Assembly (NCBI RefSeq): GCF_036323395.1
Contig: NZ_AP028907.1
Coordinates: forward strand, 660,001 to 692,000
Direction of reading: 5' to 3'
DNA length: 32,000 bases
Source of the DNA: Pyrodictium abyssi
GTDB taxonomy: Archaea > Thermoproteota > Thermoprotei_A > Sulfolobales > Pyrodictiaceae
Shown: positions 8,745 to 17,540 of the stretch, in pieces
Numbering within the stretch: the stretch's first letter is position 1
Layout of the letters: each line of letters begins with the position of its first letter
Position numbers and translations under genes: made by a program
The notes under the pieces: generated by a model
Database searches by the model: none
Seen by the model: the letters and a program-made list of their open reading frames with translations, nothing else
What the model was told of the DNA's origin: nothing

Positions 8745-9182
8745 GTGATAGGGTGCACCTACCTCGACACTACTTTCCTGCTGGCACTGGCGTACGAGCG
8801 TAGCCCCTTCTACGAGCGGGCCTCAGAGCTGCTAGAGCAGCTGCGGGGCCGCGGAGACCGGCTTGCCGTATCCCATCTTGTACGCGCGGAGCTCGTGGCT
8901 CTGCTGGCCTCGCGTATCCCAAGCCTCGGCCTCGACGAGGTGTACGCGCTAGCGGAGTACACGCTGTCGCGTGCCGGCGTAGACGTGGCCGATGTGGACT
9001 ACAATGCCGTCGTTAGGGAGGCGCAGCTCTACGCAGGGCTCCTCCGCATGAGGCTTGCGAGTGTACTCCACCTGCTTGCTGCTCTGGCCCTCGGCTGCAC
9101 AGCTATAGCCACCTTCGACGACACCATAGTGTACCGCGCTGATAGTGTGAGGAATACCCTCGGGATAGAGGTTGTACACTAG
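8745..9182 (+). CDS. PIN-domain (VapC-like) protein
   Basis: 145 aa; TYLDTTFLLAL, VRAELVALL and ATFDDTI match PIN motifs 1, 2 and 4; GTG start. Confidence 0.85.
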   Translation: MIGCTYLDTTFLLALAYERSPFYERASELLEQLRGRGDRLAVSHLVRAELVALLASRIPSLGLDEVYALAEYTLSRAGVDVADVDYNAVVREAQLYAGLLRMRLASVLHLLAALALGCTAIATFDDTIVYRADSVRNTLGIEVVH

Positions 9183-9282
9183 CCCCCTTATCGATTCCAC
9201 TTTTAAGTCCACGAGGGGGTACTCTCCCCGGGGGCTTATACCCGGCCAGTAGCCTGTACAACACCCCCGGGGTACAAGCATA

Positions 9283-10209
9283 ATGTTCATAACAAGGGGC
9301 CGGACGGTAGGCTTTATACAGCTTGGGCCTAAGACGCTGGGAGAAGCCGTCATAGAGGCTCTCGCGGAGCCTGGCCGTAGGCTGGTCTACTACGCCCCCG
9401 ACGGCTCACAGTTCTACCTTGAAGCCTCCGCCGTTACGGCCGCGTGTGTAGCGGTTACCCCGCAGGAGGTGGTACGCGGTGAGGAGTGCCTAGAGCTCCT
9501 GGCCAGGCGCTCTGGGGACCAGCAGGGCGTCATAGAGGTGGTCGAGCTAAGCGAACAGCAGATAGCTCTCGACGTGAGCAGTAGACCCGACTCCGTGATA
9601 CCGGGAGGGCTTGAGAAGGTACGCAGCGTCTTCGCCAAGCACCGCCAGGAGGAGGCAAGAACGGAGACAGCGCAGAGAACGGCTCCCAGCGGCGAGGCCA
9701 GGGTACCGGAGACTGCCGGGCCAGCAACGGGGGAGGAGACAGAGACCACACCCGTAGCCGAGCCGGCCCCCGGGCCCTCGGGGCCGCCGGCCGGGGCGGC
9801 GGCGGGGGCTGGAACCGAGGCTGTTGAGCTATCCCCTGCGGGGGCTGGCGAGGCCTGGAGGGATATCCTCCGTGTAAGAGGCCTAAGACTATCCGGCACC
9901 TTCAACGTGCTGGCTGTGGCGGCCCTAGCTGTTATGGGCAGGGAGGTTGACGTGAGGACAGGGTCTAAGTCCTGCATAGATGTGCTTGACGACGTGCTTT
10001 CTCTGCGCCGGCGGCTCACGATGAGGTGCCGTGGCGAGGGCGGCGAGGTCTACATCTACGTCGACCCCGGGGCGGGGAGGATAGAGGCCTACTACATGGA
10101 GGCTGGCAGGGCCTTCCTGGGGGCTGAGGCGCTGCGGCGGGCTAGTAGGCTGCGGGCCACCGAGGTGAAGGTCTACATAGACGCGGGCCAGGGGTCCCAG
10201 GGGGGCTAG
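9283..10209 (+). CDS. Hypothetical two-domain protein with Pro/Ala/Thr-rich linker
   Basis: 308 aa; two ordered regions flanking ETAGPATGEETETTPVAEPAPGPSGPPAGAAAG; ends ...VYIYVDPGAGRIEAYYMEAGRAFLGAEALRRA. Confidence 0.7.
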   Translation: MFITRGRTVGFIQLGPKTLGEAVIEALAEPGRRLVYYAPDGSQFYLEASAVTAACVAVTPQEVVRGEECLELLARRSGDQQGVIEVVELSEQQIALDVSSRPDSVIPGGLEKVRSVFAKHRQEEARTETAQRTAPSGEARVPETAGPATGEETETTPVAEPAPGPSGPPAGAAAGAGTEAVELSPAGAGEAWRDILRVRGLRLSGTFNVLAVAALAVMGREVDVRTGSKSCIDVLDDVLSLRRRLTMRCRGEGGEVYIYVDPGAGRIEAYYMEAGRAFLGAEALRRASRLRATEVKVYIDAGQGSQGG

Positions 10210-10814
10210 GGTAGCTGGAACTCTATCCTCTCGTAGCCTCCGGTGCGGCCGCCGCGCCTACCGTATATCACTAGCGTGTTGTCCCCCACTATCTCCCAGT
10301 CCTCGGTCCCGGTGCCCATGTCTACTGCTAGTATCTTGGAGCCTGGCGGGAACACCCAGTAGGCCTCGTAGCTGTACTCTATCTCCTCGGGCTCGTAGCG
10401 GTTCTCGTAGACGTTGCGGCCGCTCCGGATCGGGGCGCGGAACCTTAGGGCGAAGACTATGTAGACGCGGCTGCGGCTGCCCCGGAACCCTATGTCCACC
10501 ATAGCTACCTTGGGGCGGACGCGCTCCCCGTTGACAACGACCTGCTCCTGGTCTACGAGCTCCTGCATGCCGTAGTAGAGCCGGAGGGTCTCCTCCTCGT
10601 AGAGCCTGGGGTCGCGGAGCACCGCGTCGTAGTAGCCTAGGGGGTCTATGTAGTCGAACGCCAGGTAGTAGGCTATGTAGCCGTAGCCTACGTAGAAGAA
10701 CCCCTGGCCGTGGACCGGCTGTACAGCATCGCTGGCCTCCCTGAGGAACTCGCTGCTAGCGCCCGGGCCTCGGCGTGGGCCCCGCTGGCCGCGCCGTTGA
10801 CGGGGACCTGGCAC
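10206..10814 (-). CDS. Hypothetical protein
   Basis: 202 aa, Tyr-rich, convergent with the previous gene and sharing its stop tetranucleotide; true start may be downstream of 10814. Confidence 0.6.
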   Translation of the reverse strand: MPGPRQRRGQRGPRRGPGASSEFLREASDAVQPVHGQGFFYVGYGYIAYYLAFDYIDPLGYYDAVLRDPRLYEEETLRLYYGMQELVDQEQVVVNGERVRPKVAMVDIGFRGSRSRVYIVFALRFRAPIRSGRNVYENRYEPEEIEYSYEAYWVFPPGSKILAVDMGTGTEDWEIVGDNTLVIYGRRGGRTGGYERIEFQLP

Positions 10815-10917
10815 CTCTAAGCCCCTGGTTCCCGCCGTTCCCGGCGCCTATTCTGTCCATTGGCCTCTATGGGCTGCTGTGTTCTGGAACCTGAATCTGG
10901 TTCTTCCTGGATAAGGG

Positions 10918-10925
10918 TTTAAATA
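10918..10925 (+). promoter_or_regulatory. TATA box for the HicB-like ORF
   Basis: tttaaata, about 40 nt upstream of ATG 10964. Confidence 0.55.
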
Positions 10926-10963
10926 GCGGGAGAGGGTTCACGGGGGTTAATGGTGGACACGTA

Positions 10964-11212
10964 ATGGCCGGTAGGACCGTGAAGGTGGGTGTCATAGTCT
11001 ACCGTGAGGTGGACGAGGACGGCAATACCTGGTACGTCGCGGTAGAGCCCATGAGCGGGGCTCAGGCGCAGGGAGAGAGCCTGGAGGAGGCTATAGAGAG
11101 GGTCAAGGAGGAGATAGCGAGGATAAGTGAGGCCTGGTGCGAGGCCGAGGTAAAGGAGGCCGTAGACGCTAGGCTCCTCACAGTAGAGCTGCCAGGCGGG
11201 GACGAGGCCTAG
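10964..11212 (+). CDS. HicB-like fold small protein
   Basis: 82 aa; VIVYREVDEDGNTWYVAVEPMSGAQAQGESLEEAIERVKEEI matches the HicB/UPF0150 pattern; no adjacent HicA seen. Confidence 0.65.
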   Translation: MAGRTVKVGVIVYREVDEDGNTWYVAVEPMSGAQAQGESLEEAIERVKEEIARISEAWCEAEVKEAVDARLLTVELPGGDEA

Positions 11213-11296
11213 ACCCCTCTCCCCGTCGGGGGCCGAGCCCCGCCTGGCAGCTCTATTTTCCCCGGGGAGGCGCCCCGGGAGCATTATGGCTGGTGT

Positions 11297-12952
11297 ATGG
11301 TGGCGAGCCGAGCCAGGAGCGCCAGTATAAGCGGCGTGCTGCGGCGCATAGACGGCCGCGGCTACAAGGCCTACCGCATGCTCCTCGGCGCGTCTGAGCG
11401 CGTTGGCAGGCTCCGCCTGAGCGTCGTCAGGGTGCAGGGCGACCCCTTCGCGCCGCCCAGCGTTGTCAAGGCTACTGCGCGTCTAGAGCTGCCGGGCTGG
11501 GCTCTCCGGCACCCCGTTGCCGTCGCGGACTACATCTATCGCCGCCTCTACCGTGCACTCCAGAGGCATTCTGCTAGGCTCGGCGAGGGCCGTAGCGGGT
11601 TCCTCGGCGTCCCCCGGCCCGGCCCCGTTATGCTGCGGCGTAGCGGCGTAGAGCTGGACAAGTCTGGGCTTCTCGTTGTCCGTGTCTGGGCTGGCCTTCC
11701 TAGCCGGCGGCGCCGTGTCCTCGGAGACGCTGCCGAGGAGCTTCTCCTCGAGAGGCTGCCGCGGGCCGTGGAGGACGCTATCCGTGTGGACGAGTCCTCG
11801 CTCCGCCGCCACGTGGATGCCTGGCGGCTGCAGGAGGAGGTCCGTAGCCGTCTACCGGGCCTAGGCCTCGTATCCTTCATTGGCGACGGCAGTATACTGC
11901 CCCGGCGCTGCGGGGGCTGCGATGACCCGCTACCGGGCGCTGTGCCCTTCGAGTCTCCTCCTAGCCTCCGCGTAGAGGTCGAGACGAGCCTCGGCATCGT
12001 CACCGGCATGGGCATACGCCGCGGCGTCACCGTGATAGCGGGTACGGCTTTCCACGGCAAGACGACGCTCCTCGAGGCGATACAGTACGGCGTCTACAAC
12101 CACGTCCCAGGCGACGGCAGAGAGCGCGTCGTCACCATACGCGAGGCCGTCAAGGTGCACGCTGAGGACGGCAGGAGCATCGCGTGCGTAGACGTATCGA
12201 CGTTCGTACACAGTCTGCCCGGCGGCCGTGATACACGCTGCTTCACCACAAGGGATGCAAGCGGCGCCACTAGTATGGCTGCTGCGATACAGGAGGCTGT
12301 TGAGGCCGGCGCGAAGCTGATACTCATCGACGAGGACACGTCTGCCACTAACCTCCTCTTCTACGACGAGCGGGCTGCACCGCTGCTGCGTAGGAAGACT
12401 GTCACCACTATAGCCGAGCAGGCAGCATCAATGGCCTCGAAGGGCGTGTCCCTGGTCATAGTCTCAAGCGGCTCTATGCCCCTGATAGCCTCCGCTGACA
12501 CCGTCATAGTGATGGAGGACTACATTCCCCGCGACGCCACGGACGAGGCTAGGCGCCTCGCTAGCCGTACAAGCTATGCCGGGTACAGCTTGCCTGCCGA
12601 CCGTGTACTAGTAGACGTTCCCAGGCTAGCTAAGCCTAGGCTGCGTGGCTCCTGGCTTGTCGCTAAGGGGCTTGAGGAGCCGCTCAACCTCGAGTCGAAC
12701 GAGCAGCTCGTAGAGGAGGGCCAGCTCCGCCTGCTGGTTGCTCTTGCATCCCGTCTCGAGTCCGTGAAGGGCATGCTTATGCGGGATATAGTGCGCCGTA
12801 TAGACCAAGACGCGGGGGAGGGATTCCAGAGGCTCACTGGCGGCGAGCCTGGTCCAGGCTATGCCGAGGTCAGGGGTATCGACGTTGTCTACATGGTTAA
12901 TAGGATTCCAGGTATACGGGTACACCAGGCACAGAAGCATGTCAACGAATAG
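11297..12952 (+). CDS. Predicted ATPase of the ABC class (COG3044 / ABC_ATPase family)
   Basis: 551 aa; GTAFHGKTTLLEAIQYGVYNHVPGDGRE, DVSTFVHSLPGGRDTRCFTTRDASGATS, AKLILIDEDTSATNLL are signature blocks of this family. Confidence 0.92.
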   Translation: MVASRARSASISGVLRRIDGRGYKAYRMLLGASERVGRLRLSVVRVQGDPFAPPSVVKATARLELPGWALRHPVAVADYIYRRLYRALQRHSARLGEGRSGFLGVPRPGPVMLRRSGVELDKSGLLVVRVWAGLPSRRRRVLGDAAEELLLERLPRAVEDAIRVDESSLRRHVDAWRLQEEVRSRLPGLGLVSFIGDGSILPRRCGGCDDPLPGAVPFESPPSLRVEVETSLGIVTGMGIRRGVTVIAGTAFHGKTTLLEAIQYGVYNHVPGDGRERVVTIREAVKVHAEDGRSIACVDVSTFVHSLPGGRDTRCFTTRDASGATSMAAAIQEAVEAGAKLILIDEDTSATNLLFYDERAAPLLRRKTVTTIAEQAASMASKGVSLVIVSSGSMPLIASADTVIVMEDYIPRDATDEARRLASRTSYAGYSLPADRVLVDVPRLAKPRLRGSWLVAKGLEEPLNLESNEQLVEEGQLRLLVALASRLESVKGMLMRDIVRRIDQDAGEGFQRLTGGEPGPGYAEVRGIDVVYMVNRIPGIRVHQAQKHVNE

Positions 12953-13193
12953 TTGCTAAGGCAACACTTAAATACTGGTGTTCTCCCGTTGCCGTGCGGT
13001 AAAATGGAGTGGCTGCTGCGGCAGGGGCTCGACCAGTCCCGGGGAGAGGGGGTTAGTTGATCCGGGCTCCCACCCACCCTCCTCCTCTATCATCTGCCAT
13101 GCTATATTCTTAGTGGTCTTGGAGTGGGCCCGTAACCCGTAAATAACGCGGGAAATGACTATACATGGGCAATGCCCAGCGCTATTCATTGTC

Positions 13194-14357
13194 CTACTTC
13201 CGGGGGTCGCCCGGCCTAGCAGCCACTATTCCGTAATGTGGCTTGTGCTCGTAGACGAAGGCTATCCTTAGCCAGTGTTTCTCCCCGCTGCGCTCTACGT
13301 CCACCTCGGCCAGGCCGTAGGCCATGAGCGGGGCTAGCGCCTCCATGGTCTCGCCGAGGCCTGCTTCGGCGCCGTTCAGCCAGGCTGCGCCGCCCTCCGG
13401 CTCTATGACTGCCTCAACCCATACCGTGCCGGGCGGCAGGCACGGAGGCTCCCCAGGGCAGCTGGCCTGGGGTAGACAGTGGCTACGCCTGGCCGCCCGG
13501 GAGGCGATGGCGTCTAGGATCTCTCCTAGCCCGCTCGGGGAGGCCTTGACCCGCTCCATCGCTGTCTTGACCAGGTCGTTCACCGGGTCGGGCTTCCGGT
13601 AGAAGGTTTCTAGCTCGCTTAGCTGTAGCAGCCTGGCACCCGCGTATACGAGGCAGCGGTACCGCGCAAGGGGCGAGCCGGGGCGAGCCCTGCGTAGGAG
13701 CCGCCGGGGGTCGTCCCCTGCCCCGGGGAGCCGGGCATACTCCTCTAGGCCTAGCCCGGCTAGCTCCGCCCTCTCGGCGCTGCCAGCCGCTGTCTCCAGG
13801 AGCGCCTCAGTCACGGAGACGGAGGAGCTGTAGAGTAGTATCGCCTCGCGGCTGTAGGGTGGTAGCCCCTTCGCCACCGCTGCCAGTAGCTGCTGGAGCG
13901 CCTGGGGCGCCCACATGGGGTCGCTGGTGTCCACCTCTAGGGGCTCTGGCGGCTCGTAGCCGAGGCTCTCGAGGAGCCCCTGGGCCGCCTCCCTCACGGC
14001 CTCTATCTGTGCCAGGGGCCGCGTAGGCGAGGAGGCTATACGCACCCCCCAGCCGGCCACGCCGAGGGGGAGCCCGTCGCGCAGCCTCGCAGCCAGCCTC
14101 TCCGGCTGCTGGACGTGGATGCCCACTACGTCGCGGTAGAACCGGGCTAGGCTCCGCGGGGGGTACCTCTGGCCCCGGAGCGGCCTGGGCTGGAACCCGC
14201 CGAGCAGCATCTCCACCACGTGGCCTAGGCCTGCTAGCTCTGCCAGCTCACGGCCCTCGAGTGTAGCTGCTAGCCGCCGCCGAGCCTCCAGGAGGCCCGC
14301 CGCAGCGCGGTAGACCTCCCCGGCGTAGCCCCTCATGAACTCCACTAGTCCCGCCAA
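13194..14357 (-). CDS. Hypothetical protein
   Basis: 387 aa long ORF with protein-like composition; no motif recognised. Confidence 0.65.
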   Translation of the reverse strand: MAGLVEFMRGYAGEVYRAAAGLLEARRRLAATLEGRELAELAGLGHVVEMLLGGFQPRPLRGQRYPPRSLARFYRDVVGIHVQQPERLAARLRDGLPLGVAGWGVRIASSPTRPLAQIEAVREAAQGLLESLGYEPPEPLEVDTSDPMWAPQALQQLLAAVAKGLPPYSREAILLYSSSVSVTEALLETAAGSAERAELAGLGLEEYARLPGAGDDPRRLLRRARPGSPLARYRCLVYAGARLLQLSELETFYRKPDPVNDLVKTAMERVKASPSGLGEILDAIASRAARRSHCLPQASCPGEPPCLPPGTVWVEAVIEPEGGAAWLNGAEAGLGETMEALAPLMAYGLAEVDVERSGEKHWLRIAFVYEHKPHYGIVAARPGDPRK

Positions 14358-14397
14358 CCAGGTCTGCCCCTAGGGCCCCAGGGCTCGGGCCGGGGTA

Positions 14398-15126
14398 ATG
14401 CTGGTTACCGCTGCACCCTCGGCCACACAGCCCCGGAGGCCGGGGCTCTTGCGCGTAGCCGTCCTCGTGGACAACAGGGCTCTCGAGGGCTTCGAGAGCG
14501 CGTGGGGCCTAAGCCTGCTCGTCGAGACGCGGAGCGCGCGCATTCTCTTCGACGCTGGGCCCGACCCCGAGCTACTGTGCCGTAACGCCGAGAGGCTCGG
14601 AGCAAGCCTCGAAGTCGACACGGCCGTGGTGAGCCACCCGCACCGCGACCACTACGGTGGGCTCCCGTGCCTAGCCCGCTGGGCGCCCGGCACGGTGGTC
14701 TACCTGCCTCCCTCGCCTAGCAGCCTCGTCTCCTGGGTAAGGCGCCTAGGGCTCGCCCCGGTGGTGCAGTCCCGGGGCATGGGCATAGCCCCCGGAGCCG
14801 CGCTATCCCCCGCGCTGGAGGGCGGCGGCCTGATGGAGCACGCGCTAGCCGTCGAGGAGGACGGGCGCGTAGCCGTGCTCCTGGGCTGCAGCCACCCGGG
14901 GCCAGGCAGGCTCGCCGCCGCTGCGCTATCGGCTCTGGGGCGCGGGCGCGCAGACCTGGCTATCGGCGGGCTCCACGAGGCCCCGCCAGGGGAGGTCGAG
15001 AAGCTGCTCAGCCTAGTCGAGCGGGTCGCGCCTATACACTGCAGCGGCAGAGCCGCAGAATACGTGGCCACTAGGAGCCCGGGCCGCTACCTAGAAGCAG
15101 CCTCCGGCATAGTGATAGAGCTGTAG
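14398..15126 (+). CDS. Metallo-beta-lactamase fold hydrolase (COG1237-like)
   Basis: 242 aa; VVSHPHRDHYGG, LGCSHPGPGRL, IGGLHEAP intact metal motifs. Confidence 0.85.
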   Translation: MLVTAAPSATQPRRPGLLRVAVLVDNRALEGFESAWGLSLLVETRSARILFDAGPDPELLCRNAERLGASLEVDTAVVSHPHRDHYGGLPCLARWAPGTVVYLPPSPSSLVSWVRRLGLAPVVQSRGMGIAPGAALSPALEGGGLMEHALAVEEDGRVAVLLGCSHPGPGRLAAAALSALGRGRADLAIGGLHEAPPGEVEKLLSLVERVAPIHCSGRAAEYVATRSPGRYLEAASGIVIEL

Positions 15127-15374
15127 AAGCCAGCTATGCGTGGAGCGCTCAGCCACACTAGGGCTCCCCACAGACCAGGCTGCCGCGCCCAGCGTAGTCG
15201 GCATTGCTACCCGTCATCACGGCCCAGCGGAGGGCCGCGGAGAGGCCCCGCCTCGGGGGCGGCAGGCCCGCGCATCAGCCGCCCAGCGTAGCCGGGCGGC
15301 ATCCGCGCTCTGCCCCGAGCACGGCGCGTTGATCCCGGAGCCTCACGGGCGGGGCCCGGGGGCCCCGGGACTGT

Positions 15375-15540
15375 ACATAGGGCTATGTGGAGGGTCTATA
15401 TCCGCCTGGCCCCGGGGTGCTAGGAGTATACACCCGGGGCTGTGACGAGGTGCTTTTCACCCGAACCGCGGAGGGGCGTGTGGAGCGCTTGCCGCTCTGA
15501 GCCCCTCCACGCAGCGGCCCCGCGGGGGTGATGACCCCGC
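15375..15540. ncRNA. Candidate structured RNA element in a 490-bp gene gap, strand uncertain
   Basis: Serial inverted repeats: 15410-15419/15431-15439, 15449-15452/15458-15461, 15470-15477/15501-15508 (GGAGGGGC/GCCCCTCC with inner GAGCG/CGCTC), 15522-15527/15535-15540. Confidence 0.35.
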
Positions 15541-15613
15541 CCTTGGCGCTAGCCCCTGCCCCGGGGGCCGTGGCGTGGGAGGAGCCGGCTCCTAGCCTGA
15601 CCCGCCCAGAGCC

Positions 15614-16480
15614 CTAGGGCTCTATGGCCTGCGCCGCCTCCTCGTCGAGCTGGCGGGCTACGCTGCGGCGTATCCACGGCGGCTCCGCTGGTACCAGGCT
15701 GTCGACCTTCTCCGCTAGGGAGGGGTCTAGCCTTATAGCGCCCGCTACGAGCAGCCGGGCGAACGCCTTAGTAGCCATGTAGGCTATGTAGAGGCGGCTG
15801 GCGCCCCTGTTCACGGCCTGGGCTAGCTCGCGTAGGATGCGGTAGACCATTCTCACCTGGTCGCGGCTGCGGAGGTGAAGGTAGACCGAGGACCGGCTCC
15901 TGCCGGATATGCTGTAGAGCCGCTCCATTATCCTGGCTGGCACGGCTATGTAGACGCGGCTGCCCGAGCTAAGTGCGGCTGGCAGCGCGTTCCAGGCCGC
16001 GCGGTGGATTAGGGCTAGTAGGCTGCCCTGCAGCGCCTCGCTGTGCACCGGCGACCCGAGCTGCATCACCTGCAGCCCGGCGCCGCGGCGGTAGGTGTAG
16101 AGGACCGTCACCTCGCCCGCCCCGACGGCTCCGCCTGCCTTCCGGAGCCACTCGGCTACTAGGCCGGCCTCCTCGGGGCGGAGCGGCTTCCTGCTGTGGA
16201 AGAGGGCCATCTCGCGGACGAGGAAGAGTATCGGGAGGGCTATGATGCCGACAACCACCCCGGTTATGAGGGCGACGCTCGGGGGAGCGCCCTTCGCGGC
16301 CACAATGCCCATGACTGCTAGCGCTACGGCCACTGCGCCTATGTCCGGCCTGGGTGGCAGCATCTCCCTAGAAGCTGGCTGTTTTCCAGGCTCCACGTAC
16401 CCGAGGCACCTCCCGCGGAGGCAGCTACCCGCCACGGCGCCCGCGGGCCCAGGTGGCGTGTGTCGGGGAGGGCTGGGCAC
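15614..16480 (-). CDS. Membrane protein, hypothetical
   Basis: 288 aa; two TM segments (IGAVAVALAVMGIVAAKG, VALITGVVVGIIALPILFLV) followed by a soluble domain; the true start may be the Met in ...REMLPPRPDIG. Confidence 0.65.
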   Translation of the reverse strand: MPSPPRHTPPGPAGAVAGSCLRGRCLGYVEPGKQPASREMLPPRPDIGAVAVALAVMGIVAAKGAPPSVALITGVVVGIIALPILFLVREMALFHSRKPLRPEEAGLVAEWLRKAGGAVGAGEVTVLYTYRRGAGLQVMQLGSPVHSEALQGSLLALIHRAAWNALPAALSSGSRVYIAVPARIMERLYSISGRSRSSVYLHLRSRDQVRMVYRILRELAQAVNRGASRLYIAYMATKAFARLLVAGAIRLDPSLAEKVDSLVPAEPPWIRRSVARQLDEEAAQAIEP

Positions 16481-16615
16481 CCCCGGGGCGCCAGAGCTAA
16501 GGGGGTACTGCTGGACACCAATAAGTGTTTACATTAAAAACAGGATTAGTTATCCCCCGTAGCTCGCGTAGCCTACCCGTAGCCCGGCGGAGAAGGAGCC
16601 GCTGGGCGGGGCTGT

Positions 16616-17500
16616 CTAGCTCTTCCTCGGCTCCGCTAGCCTGGTGCAGCTCTTGTGGACGTAGGCGTCGCCCACTTTGACGAACTCGCTCGGGTCGCCG
16701 GGCGGCTGCTCGTAGAGGGTGCAGTCAGGTATACCCGCCTCCTTGAAGGCCGCGTGGCGGCTGCGGCAGCTCTCGCAGCGGCCGCAGTGGTGCCTGCCGG
16801 ATAGGTAGCAGCTCCAGGTCTCGTATATCAGGTCGCCTATCAGCTCGCGTGTCCTCTTGAGGTTCTCGTGCTTGGTTAGTCCCTGGCGGCTCGGGCTCCA
16901 TATCTCTAGCCGGCGCTCGCCGCGGAAGTGGCAGACGCGGAACGCCGCCTGGAGCACCTCGATGCACTCGGGGCTGCAGTCCGGGTAGAGGGGCTCCCAG
17001 GTGTCCTGCCTGGGGGCTATATCGCTATAGTGCGCGCCGTAGACCACGTAGATGTTCTCGCCAGGGTAGAGCCCCATGAGGCTGTAGGCGTAGGCGCTAG
17101 CTATGCTCAGCATAACCACGTTCCTTATCGGGACGACGACTGTCGGCTGGTACTCCTTCTCCACCGCCACCTTCTCGTCGGTGAGCTGGCTGCCGACCCA
17201 CAGCCTGGCCATGAAGCTCATGTCGACTACCTTGTGCTCGACTATCCTGCCCCAGCCTTCCCGGCTCTCCGCTAGCCTGTTAGCCTCCTCGATGAGGCGC
17301 TTAGCTACCTCTAGCTCTTTGCTGCCCTTCTGCCCGTAGTTGAAGCTGAGCGCGTGGACGGTGCAGCCCCTGGCCAGCCACTGCACCATGTAGCCGAAGC
17401 TGTCGGGGCCACCGCTGACAACCGCGACCACACGGCAGGGCTTACGCACGGCCGGCTCTACGCCACGCTTCTCCAAAGCCGGTGCACCACCGAGCCCCAT
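16616..17500 (-). CDS. queC: 7-cyano-7-deazaguanine synthase (QueC), archaeosine pathway
   Basis: PP-loop [41 protein letters not shown], CxxxxxxxxCxxCxxC-type zinc site ([15 protein letters not shown]). Start ATG 17500 preferred over 17557 because of a TATA box at 17532-17540. Confidence 0.93.
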   Translation of the reverse strand: MGLGGAPALEKRGVEPAVRKPCRVVAVVSGGPDSFGYMVQWLARGCTVHALSFNYGQKGSKELEVAKRLIEEANRLAESREGWGRIVEHKVVDMSFMARLWVGSQLTDEKVAVEKEYQPTVVVPIRNVVMLSIASAYAYSLMGLYPGENIYVVYGAHYSDIAPRQDTWEPLYPDCSPECIEVLQAAFRVCHFRGERRLEIWSPSRQGLTKHENLKRTRELIGDLIYETWSCYLSGRHHCGRCESCRSRHAAFKEAGIPDCTLYEQPPGDPSEFVKVGDAYVHKSCTRLAEPRKS

Positions 17501-17531
17501 AGTAGTCCATGATTGTCCATCCCCTTGCAAG

Positions 17532-17540
17532 GCTTTATAC
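17532..17540 (-). promoter_or_regulatory. TATA box for queC
   Basis: Minus-strand GTATAAAGC about 36 nt upstream of ATG 17500. Confidence 0.5.

Noticed and set aside
13110-13190. Small regulatory palindrome around cccgtaacccgtaaataacgcggg
   Set aside because: Arms are imperfect and short. No clear relation to a promoter.
15140-15445. 101-aa plus-strand ORF in the structured intergenic gap
   Set aside because: Low-complexity Gly/Arg/Pro-rich translation with no motif, promoter or SD. The DNA looks more like structured or non-coding sequence.
15528-15600. C/D box sRNA starting at GTGATGA
   Set aside because: No D' box and no D box at a normal distance. The GTGATGA sits in the loop of a hairpin instead.
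15127-15613. SRP 7S RNA or archaeal RNase P RNA
   Set aside because: I could not find the SRP GGAAG helix-8 region or convincing RNase P conserved segments on either strand. Kept only as an unassigned structured candidate pending Infernal.
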